From NCBI GenBank assembly GCA_963774045.1, contig CAVZED010000033.1, positions 64,379 through 128,378 on the forward strand: 64,000 bases of DNA, read 5' to 3'. Every line of letters begins with the position of its first letter. Position 1 is the first letter of the stretch. A model generated the notes under the pieces. That model was not told the origin of the DNA. It searched no databases and saw nothing but the letters and a program-made list of their open reading frames with translations. This document shows, piece after piece, positions 29,271 to 37,818 of this stretch. This stretch comes from an uncultured Pseudomonadota bacterium. Lineage in GTDB: Bacteria > Pseudomonadota > Gammaproteobacteria > Steroidobacterales > Steroidobacteraceae. The translations under genes and the position numbers were made by a program.

Positions 29271-30645
29271 GTCGGGGGCGATGGGGACGGTGCTGATCGT
29301 CGCGCTCAGCGGGTTTCTCATGGGTTTCGACGGATCGCTGTTCACCGGCGCGGTGGGAATCGTCAAGCAGCAGTTTGATCTGACGACGTTCGAGGTGGGC
29401 TGGACGAATGCCTCGCAGGTGGTTTCCGCCACGCTCGCGATCTTCCTCGCCGGTCCGCTCGCGGACCGCGTCGGTCGCCGTACCGTACTGCGTTTGGCCG
29501 CGCTGCTGTTCGCAGTCGGCGCGTTGCTCTCCGCGCTCGCGCAGGGGATGGTCGAACTGATCGCGGGCCGCCTCATCGGCGGACTCGGGATCGGCGCAGT
29601 GCTCGTAGCCGGCCCCATGTACATCGCCGAGATCGCGCCACCGGCGCTGCGCGGCCGCATGGTGACCTATCAACAATTGTTCATCGTGTTCGGGATCGCG
29701 CTCGCGTTCGTGAGCAACTATCTCGTGGTCCATCTCGAGAACTTCGACTTCGCGTGGATCGCGATGCTGCACATCGCCGAGTGGAACTGGCGGTGGATGG
29801 TCGGCATCGGTGCCGTGCCCGCGGTCGCCTACCTGTTCGCGCTGCTGTGGATACCCGAGAGCCCGCGCTGGCTGGCGATGCACGATCGCTTCGACGACGC
29901 GCGCCGCATCCTGGTGCGCGCCCACGGGGTCGAAATCGCCGAAGCCGAGCTCGTAGAGCTCCGCACGGCGTTGGGGCGCGAGACGCGGCCGCACGAGGCG
30001 CGGCTCCGCGACCTGCTGGTGCCCGAGTTGCGCACCGTGCTCGTCGTCGGCATCGTGGTCGCGATCTTCCAGCAGATCACCGGCATCAGCTCCGTGCTCG
30101 CCTATGCCACCGTGATTTTCGAACGCGCCGGCGCCGCTGGTGACGCATCCTTCATGCAGACCGTCTACGTCGGCCTCGTGAACCTCGTGTTCACGGTGCT
30201 CGCGATGCTGCTCATTGACCGCGTAGGCCGGCGGCCGCTGCTGCTGGTCGGGCTTGCCGGCATGGGCGTGAGTCTCGCGCTCGCGGCGTATGGATTCGTC
30301 GGCACGCGCGGGACTCACGCGACGCTCGTGCTCGTCGGCCTGCTCGGATTCGTCGCGAGCTTCGCGATGTCGCTCGGTCCCGTGATGTGGGTGCTGCTGT
30401 CGGAAATCTTTCCGAATCGCGTGCGCGCGATCGCCATTTCCTGCGTGGGCCTCGTGAACTCCACCGTGTGTTTCGCGACGCAGCTGCTGTTTCCCTGGCA
30501 GATGGAGCGCTTCGGCGGTGCGTTCACCTTCGCGATCTACGGCGTGTTCGCGCTGCTCGGATTGCTGATTCTGGCGAGGATCCTGCCGGAGACCCGAGGC
30601 CGCAGCCTGGAAGAGCTCGAAGAGTCGCTGGTCCGTCATAGCTGA
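29215..30645 (+). CDS. MFS sugar porter (sugar:H+ symporter family)
   Basis: 12-TM pattern. GFDGSLFTGAV, LADRVGRR and PESPRWL are sugar-porter signatures. An alternative start at ATG 29281 (preceded by GGGGG) would place the inverted repeat wholly in non-coding DNA. Confidence 0.85.
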   Translation: MNADSTQSTEFSRIPDPAPSGAMGTVLIVALSGFLMGFDGSLFTGAVGIVKQQFDLTTFEVGWTNASQVVSATLAIFLAGPLADRVGRRTVLRLAALLFAVGALLSALAQGMVELIAGRLIGGLGIGAVLVAGPMYIAEIAPPALRGRMVTYQQLFIVFGIALAFVSNYLVVHLENFDFAWIAMLHIAEWNWRWMVGIGAVPAVAYLFALLWIPESPRWLAMHDRFDDARRILVRAHGVEIAEAELVELRTALGRETRPHEARLRDLLVPELRTVLVVGIVVAIFQQITGISSVLAYATVIFERAGAAGDASFMQTVYVGLVNLVFTVLAMLLIDRVGRRPLLLVGLAGMGVSLALAAYGFVGTRGTHATLVLVGLLGFVASFAMSLGPVMWVLLSEIFPNRVRAIAISCVGLVNSTVCFATQLLFPWQMERFGGAFTFAIYGVFALLGLLILARILPETRGRSLEELEESLVRHS

Positions 30646-30758
30646 AGGCCCATTCCGACAGCCGGCTGCCCGCCTCGAAAATACCCTTGTTCGGGGTGTC
30701 GAAATCCGGTCCGGGCGTTCGACCAGTATCCGGACACCCCTTGAACGGAGCAAACATC

Positions 30759-31256
30759 ATGCAAATCAGCTCGAAGATCTCGCCCTGCCTGTGGTTCAAC
30801 ACCGAGGCGGAAGAGGCGGCGCGCTACTACACCGGCATTTTCCCGAAATCGAAGATCGGCACGATCGCCCGCTATGGCAAGGCAGGGTTCGAGACCCACG
30901 GCCAGAAGGAAGGCACCGCGATGACCGTGCAGTTCGAGCTCGAGGGGCTGCAGTTCACGGCTCTCAACGGCGGCCCCCACTTCAAGTTCAACGAGGCCGT
31001 CTCGCTGCAGATCTACGTCGAGGACCAGAAGGAGCTCGACTACTTCTGGAACAAGCTGGGCGCCGGCGGCGATCCCAAGGCGCAGGTGTGCGGCTGGCTC
31101 AAGGACAAATACGGACTCTCGTGGCAGGTGGTGCCTAGAAAGATGGTCGACTGGTTCGGCGAACCCAATGAGAAATCCGAGCGAGTGATGCTCGCGTTGC
31201 TCGAAATGAAGAAGCTCGACTTTGCCGCGCTCGAGAAGGCCTACAACGGCCGATGA
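30759..31256 (+). CDS. VOC family protein (PhnB/3-demethylubiquinone-9 3-methyltransferase-like domain)
   Basis: MQISSKISPCLWFNTEAEEAARYYTGIF...FTALNGGP...GWLKDKYGLSWQVVP. GGAG precedes the ATG. Confidence 0.75.
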   Translation: MQISSKISPCLWFNTEAEEAARYYTGIFPKSKIGTIARYGKAGFETHGQKEGTAMTVQFELEGLQFTALNGGPHFKFNEAVSLQIYVEDQKELDYFWNKLGAGGDPKAQVCGWLKDKYGLSWQVVPRKMVDWFGEPNEKSERVMLALLEMKKLDFAALEKAYNGR

Positions 31257-31489
31257 GCGACGCGTTGCTCGACGCCGTGCAGTGGCCAGCCATGGCGGTG
31301 ACGCTCATCGCCGCCTGGCTGGTCGCGTCGGCTCGCAAGGAGCGGCGCGAAGCCGGGTTCTGGTGGTTCATCGTGAGCAACGTGTTGTGGATTGTTTGGG
31401 CGTGGCATACCCGCGCGTGGGCGCTGATCGCGCTGCAGGTCGGGTTGTTCGCGCTCAACGTGCGCGGGGCGAAGAAAAACGAGACCTGA
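31253..31489 (+). CDS. small 3-TM membrane protein (78 aa)
   Basis: The ATG overlaps the upstream stop (ATGA). There are three hydrophobic segments rich in Trp (FWWFIVSNVLWIVWAW). Confidence 0.45.
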   Translation: MSDALLDAVQWPAMAVTLIAAWLVASARKERREAGFWWFIVSNVLWIVWAWHTRAWALIALQVGLFALNVRGAKKNET

Positions 31490-31499
31490 ACGGGCCGGA

Positions 31500-33182
31500 T
31501 CAGATCTCGCCGCTCTTCAGCTTCTCCACCGCATGGTTTGCCGCCCGCGCGGTCAATGCCATGTACGTCAACGACGGATTCTGCGTCGGCGACGACACCA
31601 TGCAGCTCCCATCCGTGACGAACACGTTCTTCACCGCATGCATCTGATTCCATCCATTCAACACTGACGTCTTCGGATCGCGGCCCATTCGCGCGGTGCC
31701 CATCTCGTGGATCACGCTGCCGGGCGTCACGGGATGGTTGAATCCCTTCACGTTCTCGAGACCCGCGGCCGTCATCATCTCGACCGCGTCGTCCATCATC
31801 TGCTGCGCCATCGCGATCTCGTTGTCGCGATACTTCATCGACACGTTGATCGCGGGTATGCCCGAGCGGTCGGAATTCTCCGGGCTGATCCACATGCGGT
31901 TCTCATGGTTGGGCAGCGTCTCGCCATACCCCTCCATGTAGAGGCTCCACTCGCCAGGCCGGGTGATCGAGTTCTTGAAGTCCGCGCCGAACTCGGCGGA
32001 GTCGACTCCGCGAGTCCAGTTGCCGCGGTTCGTGTACACCTCGTAGCCGTAGCCGCGCGTGAACTTCTCTTCGCGCCGGTTCACGTTGCGGAAGCGCGGA
32101 ATGTACATGCTGGTCGAGCGCCGGCCGCGGTAATAGCGGTCGAGCAGCTTCGAGTAGCTGGCCGTCGCGCCGCCGCCGTTGTGGTGATCCATGAGGTTGT
32201 GGCCGAGCTCGCCGGAGTCGTTGCCGAGACCATCGGGGAAACGCAGCGAACGCGAGTTCAACAGGATCGCGGTCGAGTTGAGCGTCGACGCGCAAAGGAA
32301 AACGACGCGCGCGAAGTACTCGGTGGTCTTGTAGGTCTCGGCGTTCACTACGCGCACGCCCGTCACCTTGTCGCGGGCCTCGTCGTAGATGAGCGAGTGC
32401 ACGATGGCTTCGGGCTCGAGCGTGAGATTGCCGGTGGCCGCGGCAGCCGGCAGGGTCACGCCATTCGACGAGAAATACGCGCTGTACGGGCATCCGCGCG
32501 CGCACTGGTTGCGGCCCCGGCAGGGGCCGCGTCCGTTGTGCTCGCGCGAGAGCACGGCCGTGGCGCTGCAGATGAGCTTGCGTTCGCCGTTGAACTTCGC
32601 CGGCAGCTGCGCCTTGATGTGTTTCTCGAGCGCGTTCATCTCGAATGGCGGCTGCAGATTCTGCGCGGGCAATTGGGGCAGGCCGGAGTTCTCGCCGCTC
32701 GCGCCGATGAATTTTTCGACGCGGTCATACCAGGGCGCGATGTCCGCGTAGCGGATCGGCCAGTCGATGCCGACGCCTTCCTTGAGGTTGGCCTCGAAGT
32801 CGAGATCGCTGTAACGAAACACGTGCCGTGCCCACATGAGCGAACGCCCGCCAACCTGGTAGCCGCGATACCAGTTGAACGGCTGCGCCTGCACGTAGGG
32901 ATTCTTCCGATCATCGACGAAGTGGTGCTTCGTCGACTGGTCGTATAGATAGAGCGTCGACTGGATGGGCTGCGCCGCGCGATCGGCGTTCGTCGCGCGA
33001 TTGTTGTGCGGCAGCGCCCACGGATCCTTGAGCGCGGTGGGGTAGTCCTGGACGTGGCGGATGTCGTGTCCGCGCTCGAGCACCAGCGTCTTGAGGCCCT
33101 TCTCGCACAGTTCCTTCGCGGCCCAGCCGCCGGAGATGCCCGAGCCGACGACGATGGCGTCGAATGTGTTCGCGGCGGCCAT
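31500..33182 (-). CDS. GMC family flavoprotein oxidoreductase (large subunit)
   Basis: FDAIVVGSGISGGWAAKEL (FAD fold). Intact 560 aa. The C-terminal GMC region ends in HEMGTARMG. Confidence 0.85.
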   Translation of the reverse strand: MAAANTFDAIVVGSGISGGWAAKELCEKGLKTLVLERGHDIRHVQDYPTALKDPWALPHNNRATNADRAAQPIQSTLYLYDQSTKHHFVDDRKNPYVQAQPFNWYRGYQVGGRSLMWARHVFRYSDLDFEANLKEGVGIDWPIRYADIAPWYDRVEKFIGASGENSGLPQLPAQNLQPPFEMNALEKHIKAQLPAKFNGERKLICSATAVLSREHNGRGPCRGRNQCARGCPYSAYFSSNGVTLPAAAATGNLTLEPEAIVHSLIYDEARDKVTGVRVVNAETYKTTEYFARVVFLCASTLNSTAILLNSRSLRFPDGLGNDSGELGHNLMDHHNGGGATASYSKLLDRYYRGRRSTSMYIPRFRNVNRREEKFTRGYGYEVYTNRGNWTRGVDSAEFGADFKNSITRPGEWSLYMEGYGETLPNHENRMWISPENSDRSGIPAINVSMKYRDNEIAMAQQMMDDAVEMMTAAGLENVKGFNHPVTPGSVIHEMGTARMGRDPKTSVLNGWNQMHAVKNVFVTDGSCMVSSPTQNPSLTYMALTARAANHAVEKLKSGEI

Positions 33183-33703
33183 CAGATCGCCCAGGCTTTC
33201 TGGTTGGGTTGCAACGGCAGGTCGCCCCAGTAGCCGCCAGGCACCGCCTCGTACGCCAGCGCCTTGGTTGCGCCGACCTCCGAGAGGAAGTAACCCGTCA
33301 ACGTGTAGTCCTTGAGGATCTTGAAGAAGGACTGTTCGTAGGGCAGGGCCTGATCTTTCGCCGCGCGCTCCTCGAGCAGCGCGATCTGTTTGTCCGCCGG
33401 CTGATTCTCGAAGCGCTTCGAGGCGAACGTGCCCAGGCCTTTACGGAAGACCTTCTGCGCCGCGGGTGCCGCGCAGGCCGGAATGGCGAGATCGATGAAG
33501 TAGTGAGTGGCCGCGGCCGAGGCGGCCGGCGAGTCGGTGGCCGGAAGGATCACATCGACCAGCGCCGCGAGCGTGCGCAGTTCGGCTTCGGAGAAGAAGG
33601 TGGCCTTGCGGGGTGCCGCGGCGAAGGCCTGCATCACTGGCCCCAGTGCGGCACTCCCCAGCAGCACGGAGGCTCCGCGCAGAAATGCTCGACGGTCGCT
33701 CAT
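33182..33703 (-). CDS. gluconate 2-dehydrogenase subunit-3-family small subunit with Tat signal
   Basis: MSDRRAFLRGASVLLGSAALG contains the twin-arginine-type signal. The stop overlaps the large-subunit start (ATGA). Confidence 0.75.
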   Translation of the reverse strand: MSDRRAFLRGASVLLGSAALGPVMQAFAAAPRKATFFSEAELRTLAALVDVILPATDSPAASAAATHYFIDLAIPACAAPAAQKVFRKGLGTFASKRFENQPADKQIALLEERAAKDQALPYEQSFFKILKDYTLTGYFLSEVGATKALAYEAVPGGYWGDLPLQPNQKAWAI

Positions 33704-33785
33704 ATCCCCTCCCGGACCGCTGGACTGGCTGCGATGTTAAGCGGGATCGCATTTATGCGCCGATTGGCCCATTTCCGGGCTTGAG

Positions 33786-33818
33786 ATGCGCATATGGGTG
33801 CGCATAACATATGCGCAT
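33786..33818. promoter_or_regulatory. operator candidate: 11-bp perfect inverted arms ATGCGCATATG / CATATGCGCAT flanking a third TGCGCA core
   Basis: Direct reading of the sequence. The right arm contains the ccdA start codon (33811). Confidence 0.45.
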
Positions 33819-34059
33819 GGATGACTTCGATCCCCGGGCGCCCAAGAAGGCAGCCAACCTGAGTGTCAACGGCGACCTGTTGGCGCGGGCGCGCGAACAC
33901 AACATCAATCTTTCTTCCACGCTGGAGAGGGCGCTGGCGGCGGCGCTCAAGCAGAAGAAACGTGAGAGATGGCTGGCCGAGAACAAGGAGGCCATTGGCG
34001 CGTATAACGAGCATGTCGAGAAGCACGGTTCCTTCGGCGACGACATGCGGAGTTTCTGA
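33811..34059 (+). CDS. ccdA: type II antitoxin, CcdA family
   Basis: KKAANLSVNGDLLARAREHNINLSSTLERALAAALKQKKRERWLAENKEAIGAYNEHVEKHG matches the CcdA family pattern. Confidence 0.75.
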   Translation: MRMDDFDPRAPKKAANLSVNGDLLARAREHNINLSSTLERALAAALKQKKRERWLAENKEAIGAYNEHVEKHGSFGDDMRSF

Positions 34060-34376
34060 TGGCGCAGTTCAGCGTCCACCGCAATCCCAATGCCGCGACT
34101 CGGGCGACCTTTCCATTTCTGCTCGACGTTCAGAATGACCTGCTCAACGAGCTCGGCACGAGAGTCGTCGTGCCCCTGTGTTCGGCGGCGGCGATGAAGG
34201 GCAAGCTGTTGCGACACCTGATGCCGACCTTCGCCATCGAAGGCAAGCAGTTCGCAATGATGACGCCACAATTGGCCGGCGTTTCTGTCAAGCAACTCGG
34301 TCCAAAGGTGGCGGAGCTGTCCGGCAAGCGCGTCGAAATCGTGGCCGCGCTGGACCTGCTCATCACGGGAATCTGA
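34059..34376 (+). CDS. ccdB: type II toxin, CcdB family
   Basis: MAQFSVHRNPNAATRATFPFLLDVQNDLLNELGTRVVVPL...IVAALDLLITGI. The start overlaps the ccdA stop. Confidence 0.8.
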   Translation: MAQFSVHRNPNAATRATFPFLLDVQNDLLNELGTRVVVPLCSAAAMKGKLLRHLMPTFAIEGKQFAMMTPQLAGVSVKQLGPKVAELSGKRVEIVAALDLLITGI

Positions 34377-34404
34377 CCGCCTCGCAAGGAGGCGAGGCCG
34401 CATC

Positions 34405-35049
34405 TCACCTGCGCTTCACGATCACATGCGTGGCGCGTTCTCCGGCGATGATCTCCGCGGTTTGATAACCCAGACTCCGCGCATCGAGACCGCTCCATAG
34501 CGACTCACCGCGTCCCAGCAGCACCGGCCGGACAGCGATGTGCAGCTCGTCGATCAGCCGCTCCTTCAGGTACTGCCGAACGGTCGAGGCACCGCCGCCG
34601 ATGCGCACGTCCTTCCCATCCGCGGCCGCGCGCGCCCGCTCCAGCGCCTCGTGGATGCCGCCGGTGACGAAATGGAACGTCGTGCCACCCTTCATCTCGA
34701 GCGGTTTTCGCGGGTGATGAGTCAACACGAACGTCTGCACGTGATAGGGCGGCTCATCGCCCCACCATCCCTTCCACGACTCGTCAGGCCACGGCCCGCG
34801 CACCGGCCCGAACATGTTGCGCCCGAGAATCCACGCGCCAACGTTTTCGAAGCTGCGCTCCGCCATGTCGTTGTCGACGCCGGTTTCACCTGCGCCCACG
34901 CCGTGTGTCTTCTTGAAGAAGTCGGTGGGGAAGAACCAGTCCATCATCTCGGTGCCGTGAACGCCGAGCGGGTTCTGCAGGCTCTGGTCCGCACCCGCGG
35001 AAAAGCCGTCGAGTGTCAGTCCGAAACAGGCGACGCGTACTCTCGACAT
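34405..35049 (-). CDS. dihydrofolate reductase family protein (RibD C-terminal domain type)
   Basis: Intact 214 aa. ...ILGRNMF...VRIGGGASTVRQYLKERLIDELHIAVRPVLLG. Confidence 0.7.
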   Translation of the reverse strand: MSRVRVACFGLTLDGFSAGADQSLQNPLGVHGTEMMDWFFPTDFFKKTHGVGAGETGVDNDMAERSFENVGAWILGRNMFGPVRGPWPDESWKGWWGDEPPYHVQTFVLTHHPRKPLEMKGGTTFHFVTGGIHEALERARAAADGKDVRIGGGASTVRQYLKERLIDELHIAVRPVLLGRGESLWSGLDARSLGYQTAEIIAGERATHVIVKRR

Positions 35050-35053
35050 GGGT

Positions 35054-36179
35054 TCACTCCAGGGAAGCGACTGCGCTGGCCGCCAGCAGGAACGCGCCGA
35101 CGCCGTAGAACTGGGTGTCCTCGGCCTTCACATTCTCGGGCCGGTCGCTCACCTGCTGCACCCAGCCGAGTTTTCCATCCTTTGCGACCGCGCGCTTCAG
35201 CGCGGCCCAGCCCTTGTCCACGGCGGGGCGATATTCCACCGCATCGAGCAGCTTGTGCTTCACGCCCCAGGCGAGTCCGTAAACATGGAAACCCGTGCCG
35301 CTCGATTCGGCCGGAGAATTCTCCGGACCTAACAAGGATGGCGCCCAGTATCCATCGGGCTTCTGGATGGACTTGAGCTTCTCCGCCATCTCGCGGAACA
35401 GTTTCTCGATGCCGACGCGGTCGGGGTGGTCGACGGGCATCGCTTCCAGCATGTTGGCGAGGCCCGCGAACACCCAGCCATTGCCGCGACTCCAGAAGAG
35501 TTTGCGGCCCTTGGTCGTCGCGCCGCTCGAAGAAGCGGCTGTCGCGGAAGTACAGGCTCTCCGCCGGATCGAACAGGAAGGCGGTGGTTGACCAGAACTC
35601 CGAGATCGCGAAGTCCGCGTAGCGGCGGTCGCCGGTTTGTCTCGCGAGCTCGAGCCACGCGGGTGGCGCCATGAACAGCGCGTCGCACCAGCACCAGCGC
35701 GCGAGGCAGACGGTGTCGCCATATCCCGAGGGCGGAATGTAGAAACTCAGGTGCACGATGGCCGGACGCGCGAGGATCGAATCGAACGTGGCCTTGAGCG
35801 GGGTGATGGCTTCGGTCCCTGCGCCGTGCTTCGCGGCCCAGAGATAACTCTGGGCGATCACGTGGTCGTCGGCGTGGTAGGTCCGTGGCCCGGGCTGCCA
35901 CTGGTTGGCGCGACCCATCGCGAGAATGGCCTCGCGATATTTCTTGTCGCCGCTCACGTCGGCCAGGCGGGTCATTCCGACCCAGAACGCGCCTTGCTCC
36001 CAGCTCTTCGGGTCGCGCGACTCCTCTTTCATGTGGGTGATGTGCGCGGCGTCCATGCGCGCGAGTTGCCAGTCCGCGACGCGGGCGGCGATCTTCAGCG
36101 TGTCCCGGCGTGCGGGAGAGTCGGCGGCGGTGGTGAGGGACGGCCCGAGAAGTGCGAGCACAACGAACAACGTTTTCAT
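35054..36179 (-). pseudogene. GH105 unsaturated rhamnogalacturonyl hydrolase-like, one frame change at about 35506-35510
   Basis: ORF 35016..36272 gives a signal peptide (MKTLFVVLALLG) and WEQGAFWVGM. ORF 35054..35722 gives KLFWSRGNGWVFAGLANML...DGYWAPSLL. Removing one base in GGCCC joins ...DDQGRKLFWSRGNGW. Confidence 0.75.
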
Positions 36180-36244
36180 GCGTTTCCTTATCTCTCGTCC
36201 CCCCGTGCAGCGTGAATCATATGGTGTACTGACTTCGCCGCGCT

Positions 36245-36274
36245 GAGTTATCCCGGTTTCCCGACCCGGCACCG
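36245..36274. repeat. third copy of the 30-bp REP-like element (28/30 identical)
   Basis: gagttatcccggtttcccgacccggcaccg compared with gagttttcccggattcccgacccggcaccg. It is intergenic. Confidence 0.75.
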
Positions 36275-36275
36275 G

Positions 36276-37010
36276 TCAGATCATCCACCCGCCATCGATG
36301 ATGTGGATCTGCCCGGTCGTGAACCCGGACTCATCGCTTGCCAGGTGCAGCGCCAGCGCCGCGATTTCCTCGGGCTTGCCGAGCCGGCCGATGGGCTGGC
36401 GCGCCTCGAATTCGGCGCGCGTCTTCGCGTAATCGCCGTACGAATGCAGTCGCGCCTGCAGCGAGGGGGTATCCACCGTGCCCGGGCAGATCGCGTTGCA
36501 GCGGATGCCCTGCGCGACGAAATCCGCGGCCACCGACTTTGTCAGGCCGATGACGGCGGCCTTGGTGGCGCCATAGGCGCAACGGTCCGCGACGCCCGTG
36601 ATGGAGCTCGCGACGGACGACATGTTGATGATGGAACCGGCGCGCGCGGCGACCATCGCCGGCAGGAACGCGCGGATCATGTGGTACATCGAGGTGACGT
36701 TGAGCTCGAACGCCGCATTCCACGCGACGGGATCCACGTCGAGCACCGTGCCCTTGGGCACCGAACCCGCGCAATTGAACAACACGTCGACGCGGCCGGC
36801 GGTTTTCGCGAACGCGGTAATCGCGGCTGGATCGCGCACGTCGAGCACGTGGCCTTCGCAGCCCGCGAGCGTCGCCAGGGCCTTCCCATCGATGTCCGCG
36901 GCCAGCACCCGCGCGCCCGCACGCGCGAACGCTTCGGCGCTCGCGCGGCCGATGCCGGAGCCCGCGGCCGTGACGATCGCCGTCTTTCCAGAGAGTCGTT
37001 CAGATTCCAT
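36276..37010 (-). CDS. SDR family oxidoreductase (candidate 2-keto-3-deoxy-L-fuconate dehydrogenase)
   Basis: TAIVTAAGSGIGRA, NMSS...YGATKAAV. The specific role is inferred from operon context only. Confidence 0.8.
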   Translation of the reverse strand: MESERLSGKTAIVTAAGSGIGRASAEAFARAGARVLAADIDGKALATLAGCEGHVLDVRDPAAITAFAKTAGRVDVLFNCAGSVPKGTVLDVDPVAWNAAFELNVTSMYHMIRAFLPAMVAARAGSIINMSSVASSITGVADRCAYGATKAAVIGLTKSVAADFVAQGIRCNAICPGTVDTPSLQARLHSYGDYAKTRAEFEARQPIGRLGKPEEIAALALHLASDESGFTTGQIHIIDGGWMI

Positions 37011-37818
37011 AAGTCCTGCGCGCTACTTCCGTATTGATGAGCTCGCGCTGCGCCGGGGACAGCGGCGCGAGCAACTGGTCACTCGTCGTTCGCCAGTCGT
37101 CATATGAACACACGAGCTCGCACACCGGCCAGTCGCTGCCCCACATGAGCCGCCCGGGACCGAAACTCGCGAGCAGGTGATCTGCCGCCTCGCGCAACAC
37201 CGCGGGATCGGCGCTGCCGGCCTCGGTGACGAGCCCCGAGAGTTTGCAGACGATCGCCGATTCCCGTGCCAGCGCCGCGATTTCGCGCTTCCATTCGTCG
37301 AGATCGCCCGACTTGAGCGGCGGCTTCGCGGCATGGTCGAGGACCATTTCGAGCTCCGGGTACCGAATGACGAGATCGCGCAGCGCCGGCAAGTGCCGCG
37401 GCAACACCAGCGCATCGAACACCAGGCCGTGATCGATCATCGCCTCGAAAGCGGGGGCCAGGCGTTCCTCGAGCATCCACTCGGTATCGGCGATGTCCTG
37501 GATCATGGGCCGGAGGCCCAGCAGCTTTTCGTCGGCCGCGAGTGCGTCGATGGTGCCCGCGACATTCGCAGCCTCGAAATCGACCCAGCCCACGACGCCG
37601 GCAATGAATGAGTTGGAGTGGGCCAGGTCGAGCAGAAAACGCGTTTCCTCGACGGTGGGCGCCGCCTGCACGAGCACGGTGGAATGGATGCCGGCGCGCT
37701 TGATCTGCGGCGCGAGATCGGCGGGCAGGAAATCCCGGTAGATAGGCGCGAACGCCGGCGACAGCCAGCCGTAGTCGCCGCGGTCGAGGCGCCAGAAATG
37801 CTGGTGTGCGTCGATCAT
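37000..37818 (-). CDS. amidohydrolase-2 family lactonase (candidate L-fucono-1,5-lactonase)
   Basis: MIDAHQHFW...VLDHAAKPP...MWGSDWPV. The start is taken at the internal ATG (37818), which overlaps the upstream stop. Confidence 0.75.
   Translation of the reverse strand: MIDAHQHFWRLDRGDYGWLSPAFAPIYRDFLPADLAPQIKRAGIHSTVLVQAAPTVEETRFLLDLAHSNSFIAGVVGWVDFEAANVAGTIDALAADEKLLGLRPMIQDIADTEWMLEERLAPAFEAMIDHGLVFDALVLPRHLPALRDLVIRYPELEMVLDHAAKPPLKSGDLDEWKREIAALARESAIVCKLSGLVTEAGSADPAVLREAADHLLASFGPGRLMWGSDWPVCELVCSYDDWRTTSDQLLAPLSPAQRELINTEVARRTYGI

Noticed and set aside
33704-34404. The ccdAB region as part of a mobile island or plasmid integration.
   Set aside because: No integrase, transposase, tRNA target or direct repeats flank it within the window. 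Only the toxin-antitoxin pair itself is supported.
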